A stretch of DNA of 64,000 bases, taken from a virus. The translations under genes and the position numbers were made by a program. Every line of letters starts with the position of its first letter. Positions within the stretch are counted from its first letter, which is position 1. Below, piece by piece: positions 58,561 to 64,000 of this stretch. The DNA lies in the IMG/VR virus record IMGVR_UViG_2545824693_000007, positions 925-64,924 of that record; one strand, given 5' to 3'. The notes beneath the pieces are model-generated. The model saw only the letters and a list, made by a program, of their open reading frames with translations, was not told the DNA's origin and searched no databases.

Positions 58561-58839
58561 TTATTTTACCAATACTTTTATTTCCGTGCCTTTTGCTTTA
58601 ATCTTTTCTAAGATTGATTTCATTTCCTTTTCATCTCTTGAGAGACGATCAAGACTCAATAAATATACTGTATCCCCACTCTTTAAATCAGTGATTAATT
58701 CATTGAGTGCTTGTTGTTCGTGTCTTCCGGGAACATCGTAATAGACCTTTTCGGCGCCTGCTTTATTGAGTTCATCAATATGTTTAAGCAGCATAGGTTT
58801 CTGTATCTCCATGCTCATTCGAGTGTATCCATAAATCAT
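58561..58839 (-). CDS. Stand-alone resolvase (serine recombinase) catalytic domain
   Basis: MIYGYTRMS...GAEKVY...LKSGDTVYLLSLDRLSRD; only 92 aa. Confidence 0.75.
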   Translation of the reverse strand: MIYGYTRMSMEIQKPMLLKHIDELNKAGAEKVYYDVPGRHEQQALNELITDLKSGDTVYLLSLDRLSRDEKEMKSILEKIKAKGTEIKVLVK

Positions 58840-58860
58840 AATTTGTTCCCCCTCATCGTT

Positions 58861-59097
58861 TTAAATCTTTGTCACCGTTTCTTCTATTTCTAGCCCAGAG
58901 TTTAAGCAATGAACTGTTTCTGTAATTGCAGTAACACCCTCAATAGATTTCATATACAACTCAGTGAGTTCTCTAATTTTCGTCATAGTCTCATCCTGAT
59001 TTTTAATATTCAGTTCCATTTGACACAAGACGCTATTGTCTTGATCTTTCAGTGCAACATTAAACCTTTCTAATTCAGCTTTCAGATTTTTAACCAT
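58861..59097 (-). CDS. Hypothetical protein
   Basis: 78-aa ORF with RBS. Confidence 0.5.
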   Translation of the reverse strand: MVKNLKAELERFNVALKDQDNSVLCQMELNIKNQDETMTKIRELTELYMKSIEGVTAITETVHCLNSGLEIEETVTKI

Positions 59098-59177
59098 TTG
59101 ATTCCTCTTCCTTTAATCAATAATACAAACACAATCTATGTATTCTCATTATTAACATTATACAACATAGGAAAGGA

Positions 59178-59276
59178 TTAGTGCCCAAAATGTGTGAGAG
59201 ATAATACAAACGCTGTTAGTCCTAGACTTAAAACACCAATAAAGATCAAATTGTCTTTCCAATTTTCAATAGTCAA
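59178..59276 (-). CDS. 32-aa hydrophobic peptide
   Basis: GGAGTG RBS, TTG start, MTIENWKDNLIFIGVLSLGLTAFVLSLTHFGH. Confidence 0.35.
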   Translation of the reverse strand: MTIENWKDNLIFIGVLSLGLTAFVLSLTHFGH

Positions 59277-59407
59277 TCTTAATCACTCCATGTTATTATT
59301 TTTAATTTGTTTTAATTCGATTAAATTGGACGTAATCATTGTCGGCTGCTGTTATGTCTGATTTTTGTTTTGTTTATACTTTTAATTAGCATTTAAACGG
59401 TAATGCT

Positions 59408-59857
59408 TTATTCTTCATCGATGTAATCGTACCAAGAATATCCGAAAGGATCATAGCCGTGAACATTTAATTTTACACCAGCTTTTTCAAAATCATCTAT
59501 TGTCCAAACAGGTTTATCTTTTAATAAATTGTTCAATTTATCAAGCATATCTCCATTATAGTCGCCGCGAAAGCGTAGTTCATTGATTAGCTTTACATTG
59601 TCCGCTTTTTTGATAATAATTGCTGTTTCAGTTTGAAAAACTCTTCCGATGCCACTTTCAATATCTTCTTCCTCAAGGTCATACCCTGAAACATTCACAA
59701 ACACTACAGCATTTTCATCTTCATGCAATTCAAAAAAGTAGCTGAAATCATTGTTGTTTAATTTGTTTGCTTCCATTAAATCTTCGATGTCTTCAATTCT
59801 TTTATCACTGTTAAATTCATTCCATTCGATATCAATTTTGACTTTGGGTAGTTTCAT
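59408..59857 (-). CDS. Hypothetical acidic protein
   Basis: 149 aa, GAGGAG RBS. Confidence 0.6.
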   Translation of the reverse strand: MKLPKVKIDIEWNEFNSDKRIEDIEDLMEANKLNNNDFSYFFELHEDENAVVFVNVSGYDLEEEDIESGIGRVFQTETAIIIKKADNVKLINELRFRGDYNGDMLDKLNNLLKDKPVWTIDDFEKAGVKLNVHGYDPFGYSWYDYIDEE

Positions 59858-59949
59858 TTTGTCTCCTCATTTCTTTAAAATAGGTCTGTATTTGAGTATC
59901 AAGGTTTGTTATTCTTATAAAGTTGATTTTATTATGAAGGTGATTTTTC

Positions 59950-60129
59950 ATGGAGAAAGAGTTTGAAACAAAGGGCTATGATGCTTCAATTGTCTATGAC
60001 TACAAAGAGTATCCAGATGCTCATCATGGACGTTGCGATAATTGTAACAATACCTTGTTTAAAAGCTCGGTTAAAGACGGCATATTCTTGCGTGAATGTC
60101 GCCGCTGCGGGATGAAGAAGAGCATTTAA
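59950..60129 (+). CDS. 59-aa Zn-ribbon protein
   Basis: GAAGGTG RBS; MEKEFETKGY...CDNC...CRRCGMKKSI. Confidence 0.65.
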   Translation: MEKEFETKGYDASIVYDYKEYPDAHHGRCDNCNNTLFKSSVKDGIFLRECRRCGMKKSI

Positions 60130-61172
60130 ACGCTCTTCTTTAGATTCTTTTCAAAACTGCTCATCATGTAGTCTCTTCGTCCAAGAACCTTTACTTTAGC
60201 AGTGGAACCATGTCCACAGTATTTTTTATAACCAGTATCTATTGGAAAATCTGGATTAAGCTGATCATTCATCTCCGTAAACAGCCATTCTGCAAAATGT
60301 CTTGCTGTAACATTATTTTCTAATGCAAATATCGCTGTATAAATGATCATAGGAAGATGAGCCTTTCTTAGTATCCTTGTTAATTCCTTAGAAAAAACAA
60401 ATTTTTGTTTAGCTATATCTAAAACCTCTATTAAATAATCTATTGCTTCCGAAATTTTTTGAAGACAATCTACTCTATCTTCACGTCTAATCACTTCAGA
60501 GTAATTCAAAACATCCCTAGAATTTAATTTGTTCCAGTCATTTTCATAAAACAGCATATGAGTCTGTATGATAACTGCCTCATCTTCATGTCGATCAATG
60601 GCTTTAGGAGTCAATTTTGTTTGTTCGAAGAATTTCTTTTTAGCAATTTCTTTGAGCGTTTTTGAAAGATCCTTCCCTAATACCCCTCTGATTTTTTGTG
60701 AATTAGTCATGGGAGACCCATTGTTTAATTTTCTTATTACTCGCTCAATATCTTCATATGTAGCATTTTCTAAGATGTAGACATTTAGCTTTTCATTAAG
60801 AATTTTGTTTTGAGCAGCCTCATCTAGTTGGCTGAAGTCTTTATTTGAGAGCTCAATATTCATATTATATAAATCCATTTTGGCATTTGGAGTGTTCGGG
60901 TGACATTTGTATTCATTATCTATGTAAGAAAAGACACTTGTTAGTCTTTGGCTCCCATCAATGATATAGATTATTCCATCCTTCTGTACTGCGTACATAT
61001 CAGGAATAGGATCATCACAAACAAAAGAATGTATCAGTTCTGATTGTTTAAACAAGTTCCATTGCCCAGGCTTTCTTTGAATTGGGTAATCAAATGAAAG
61101 ATTCCCGCTCTCGAACATTCTCTTCAATTCGTTTGGGCTTAAATCTGTTCTTACTTTTCTCATCCCCATCAC
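60126..61172 (-). CDS. DUF262 (ParB/GmrS-like) domain protein
   Basis: YPIQRKPGQW...SELIHS...PIP...IIDGSQRLTS...LNNGSPMT. Confidence 0.85.
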   Translation of the reverse strand: MMGMRKVRTDLSPNELKRMFESGNLSFDYPIQRKPGQWNLFKQSELIHSFVCDDPIPDMYAVQKDGIIYIIDGSQRLTSVFSYIDNEYKCHPNTPNAKMDLYNMNIELSNKDFSQLDEAAQNKILNEKLNVYILENATYEDIERVIRKLNNGSPMTNSQKIRGVLGKDLSKTLKEIAKKKFFEQTKLTPKAIDRHEDEAVIIQTHMLFYENDWNKLNSRDVLNYSEVIRREDRVDCLQKISEAIDYLIEVLDIAKQKFVFSKELTRILRKAHLPMIIYTAIFALENNVTARHFAEWLFTEMNDQLNPDFPIDTGYKKYCGHGSTAKVKVLGRRDYMMSSFEKNLKKSV

Positions 61173-61263
61173 TCCCCTGTTATTGTAATATTTAGATTAT
61201 ATCACAAATATTAGGGTGTTGTACCGGGCATAAGTTTTTATAAAATGCTTCTTTTATTTAAAG

Positions 61264-61485
61264 TTACTTAACGGGAAACATGTAGCTAACATAAACGTCA
61301 ATATCCCCATTCTTAAATACTGCAACTTTATCAACATCAGGCTCAATTTTGTTTATAATCTCTTTAGCATCCTTGTTTTTCTTCGGTGTATTTGCAGTAA
61401 CAATCCAATTCCAGTAATTCCATTCAGAAATACATGCCTTGATCTCTTCAGGGATTCTATGTCCGACTGTATAAGCCTTAATCAT
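61264..61485 (-). CDS. Hypothetical protein
   Basis: 73 aa, ATGA coupling. Confidence 0.5.
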   Translation of the reverse strand: MIKAYTVGHRIPEEIKACISEWNYWNWIVTANTPKKNKDAKEIINKIEPDVDKVAVFKNGDIDVYVSYMFPVK

Positions 61486-61994
61486 CCTGCAGCCTCCAAT
61501 TCGTTCAACATATTCTTAACCCTTGCAATCTCTTCTTCTGAATGAACAGTACCGCCTGTGTTCAATTCAATATACCACTTAAGAACATCTTTCTTTGTAG
61601 GAAGATCGTTTATAACAAACTCTAATGCAATCAAATTACTCAAACTATCTTCGTATTCACCTAAAAAGTGCCCAAATACAGGGATTTCATTATTGAGGAA
61701 TCTTAAACATGCTGTTATTCTTTGTAAACCATCAACACATACAAATTCACCTTCAGGCTTTTTCATCCAACCTTTTTGATTCAGATAGACTGGAGTTGTT
61801 TTACCACCCCTCAATAAATGTTCAACGAATTTAACTTGCTGCTCTTCAGTCCATACATGACCGCGCTGAAAGTCTGGGTTAAGCTGCAACCCTTCTTCAA
61901 TATACGTTTCTATGGTGCTTTTTAAATATTTTAAAGGATGATGTACCCTATAGTTACCATCTTTCGTATAAGGTTTGATATCCGAAAATTTCAT
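61482..61994 (-). CDS. Stand-alone DUF262 domain protein
   Basis: PDFQRGHVW...VDGLQRITA...ELNTGG. Confidence 0.85.
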   Translation of the reverse strand: MKFSDIKPYTKDGNYRVHHPLKYLKSTIETYIEEGLQLNPDFQRGHVWTEEQQVKFVEHLLRGGKTTPVYLNQKGWMKKPEGEFVCVDGLQRITACLRFLNNEIPVFGHFLGEYEDSLSNLIALEFVINDLPTKKDVLKWYIELNTGGTVHSEEEIARVKNMLNELEAAG

Positions 61995-62043
61995 AAGTGA
62001 TCTCCTCTCTATGTATTAAAATCAAATGAAAGAGTTGTTTTAT

Positions 62044-62229
62044 TTAAACTTTTTGCAGTGTTTTAATATCATTAGCAGAAAGGCACTGCCATCCGTTTTC
62101 CTTTGTATACAAATCATACCGCCCTGTATCATTTAGAGTTTCTTTAATAGCGTCTATTGAGTTGAGATTCCATCCAATTGAAGGATCGTTTAAAAGCGTC
62201 TGACCATCATTCAAAATTATTCGCAACAT
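62044..62229 (-). CDS. Hypothetical protein
   Basis: 61-aa ORF. Confidence 0.45.
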   Translation of the reverse strand: MLRIILNDGQTLLNDPSIGWNLNSIDAIKETLNDTGRYDLYTKENGWQCLSANDIKTLQKV

Positions 62230-62260
62230 ATACAGCGCCCTTCCTTATAAAATCGTAATT

Positions 62261-63502
62261 TTATATAAACTCTAACAATACAGTTGTAAAAATACCGATC
62301 AATGATGCAATGAGTGATAAAGTTGCTATTAGTATAACTAAATTTTCCTTCTGAATAGAATAAGCCATTTTAATATGATCAAAGCATTCCTCATAGATAG
62401 TATTATATTTCTTTGTATATTGCCCATTTTCAAAACTAATTGAATCTTCTTCTTCCCCCCCATAAAAAGGTGTCCAGTTTTCTAATAATTCTTTAGAATC
62501 GCGATAGCCCTGATGTAGTTTATTATCATTTAATGAACGTATTTTGTTAATCAACCATTTATAATCGTTTAGGGAGACCCTCTTTTTTGAACCTGAAAAA
62601 TATTTGTTAATCCTTGAGTCAATTTCAAAACTTTCTATTTTTTCGAATAGAAAATAATAAAAATCCATCCTATAATTAGAAAGTAGTTGCAAAAAATTCA
62701 TTGCTGAATATGCACCAGAAAAGTACAAATTCATTTTTAATCCTTCTTCGCTCGTTAAATCAACAACCAGATATTTATTTTCAATTTCATAAGTTCTACA
62801 GAGAAAGACATCGTTAAAATACTCGTTTTTAAAATGTTCTTGAGGAACATAAACTGCGTTATATTGTGGCAAAATATATTCGCTTCCAAAATTCAATCTA
62901 AACGTATTTAATAGCTTTGCTTGCAGGGCTGCATCTCTAACCTTAGAAATAGAATTATAAATCAAGGAATAATGCTCTGATCTAATTATTTTATCAATAT
63001 CGTAACATCCAAAAAACTTTTTCTTGTAAAGCAGCTCTTTATTTTCTTTTATGAAATCAATCCAGAGCTCATGAGTCATAGATTTTTTAAATGAGATTCT
63101 AAATTCAACTACTGCTTGATTATTATTTATTTGTGTAAAACCTGCTTCCACATCATCTATAAATAAATCATCTAAAAAAGTTACTTTGCATAACGACCGC
63201 GTACTAGAACGATCGTATTGGATATTCAAATACATTAAATTCTTATATTTTTTAGGAATTAATGAAAGTTCAATTCTGTATTTTTTATTATTTAAATTAT
63301 GTATTCCCTTTATTAAATTGTTCAATTGTTTATTATTAAAAACATCAAAAAATGTAACTTCCCAAACACCTATATTATAGTTAGATAAAAGCTCTTCTTT
63401 ATGAGTATTAATGAATTCTAAATAGCTTTCATTACGCTCTATGGTTTCAAGAAATTTATTAATAAATTTTTCTCGGTATTTATGTATCTCTCTTTTTCGC
63501 AA
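62261..63502 (-). CDS. 413-aa protein of unknown function with a C-terminal TM
   Basis: Long AT-rich ORF; ENLVILIATLSLIASLIGIFTTV. Confidence 0.7.
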   Translation of the reverse strand: MRKREIHKYREKFINKFLETIERNESYLEFINTHKEELLSNYNIGVWEVTFFDVFNNKQLNNLIKGIHNLNNKKYRIELSLIPKKYKNLMYLNIQYDRSSTRSLCKVTFLDDLFIDDVEAGFTQINNNQAVVEFRISFKKSMTHELWIDFIKENKELLYKKKFFGCYDIDKIIRSEHYSLIYNSISKVRDAALQAKLLNTFRLNFGSEYILPQYNAVYVPQEHFKNEYFNDVFLCRTYEIENKYLVVDLTSEEGLKMNLYFSGAYSAMNFLQLLSNYRMDFYYFLFEKIESFEIDSRINKYFSGSKKRVSLNDYKWLINKIRSLNDNKLHQGYRDSKELLENWTPFYGGEEEDSISFENGQYTKKYNTIYEECFDHIKMAYSIQKENLVILIATLSLIASLIGIFTTVLLEFI

Positions 63503-63554
63503 AAAGCATCACCCTTATTCCAATTACTATTACTATATAAAAGACTGGTTTTAT

Positions 63555-63860
63555 TCAATCCTTGTTGCTTTCCTTGATCTTATGTAGCAGCTCATTCATT
63601 TCTTTAAGATTGGCTTTAGGAAGCAAATCAGCCTCTAAGAGAAATTCGTTCGCTTCCTTAACAGCATACGCGGTCATTTCCATACACTCTAAATGGATCT
63701 TGGACAATTCGCGGAGTTCTTCTTTTGTAATTGATCCAACATGCAGTTTAAACAGCAACTTTTTCAATCTCTCGACATGCGTGCTAAAAATTAAAGACCT
63801 GACTGAAATTGAGCTGTTATCCATTTGATTTGTCACCCTCTTTACAGATACAAAGATCAA
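63555..63860 (-). CDS. Hypothetical protein
   Basis: 101-aa ORF. Confidence 0.45.
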   Translation of the reverse strand: MIFVSVKRVTNQMDNSSISVRSLIFSTHVERLKKLLFKLHVGSITKEELRELSKIHLECMEMTAYAVKEANEFLLEADLLPKANLKEMNELLHKIKESNKD

Positions 63861-63934
63861 ACATCTCGAAAATTTCCATCATCTCTCCTTTTCATTAAAA
63901 GTATGATTTCATTCAAACTTACTTTGAGATAAAC

Positions 63935-64000
63935 TCACTCATCTTTTTCGAATTTTATTAAATCACCTGGTTCACAGTTGAAATGCTTACAAAGCTTATC
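63935..64000 (-). CDS. 3' end of an XRE/Cro-type HTH regulator (partial)
   Basis: DKLCKHFNCEPGDLIKFEKDE-stop, typical HTH_26 C-terminus. Confidence 0.65.
   Translation of the reverse strand, partial: DKLCKHFNCEPGDLIKFEKDE

Larger units (their letters stand above)
1..64000. mobile_element. SPbeta-like (Spbetavirus-type) Bacillus prophage or phage segment; both ends lie outside the window
   Basis: Gene order follows SPbeta yot-yos-yor-yoq-yop: yotM/yotB, sspC, nrdIEF with intron, helicase/primase, ligB, yopPQR-like, aimRP. Dense minus-strand early genes; no host housekeeping genes seen. Confidence 0.95.

Noticed and set aside
1-64000. tRNA or rRNA genes
   Set aside because: No cloverleaf or T-loop signatures and no rRNA-like sequence noticed by eye; a tRNAscan-SE run would be needed to exclude them fully.

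Overview
The whole window is phage DNA: roughly the replication, nucleotide-metabolism and lysogeny-control half of an SPbeta-like (phi3T/SPbeta family) temperate phage of the Bacillus subtilis group. Nearly all genes are on the minus strand. In window order it contains a large serine recombinase running off the left edge, a RecU-like yotM, a NADAR protein, yotB, sspC, a GC-rich block from another phage (about 5.35-9.3 kb) and thyA. These are followed by a LemA-like/membrane protein pair, two unrelated dUTPases, a Pth2-family peptidyl-tRNA hydrolase, a free-standing HNH endonuclease, nrdF, nrdE split by a 249-nt group I intron, nrdI and a MazE-mimic yosL. Next come a frameshifted DNA methyltransferase and a replisome with a family-B polymerase. 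The most notable part is a plus-strand accessory island (36.5-40.2 kb). It encodes a lipoprotein S8 protease, a secreted pro-toxin with a C-terminal RNase-like domain and a CPCC-type immunity protein, then a second secreted bacteriocin-like protein with a membrane partner. After the island are an array of small genes joined by a 16-bp stop/RBS/start repeat, ligB, the sro-type repression operon, an arbitrium system (AimR plus AimP ending in GFPRGA) and two DUF262 proteins. Family names come from motif recognition and remembered reference sequences, not from database searches.
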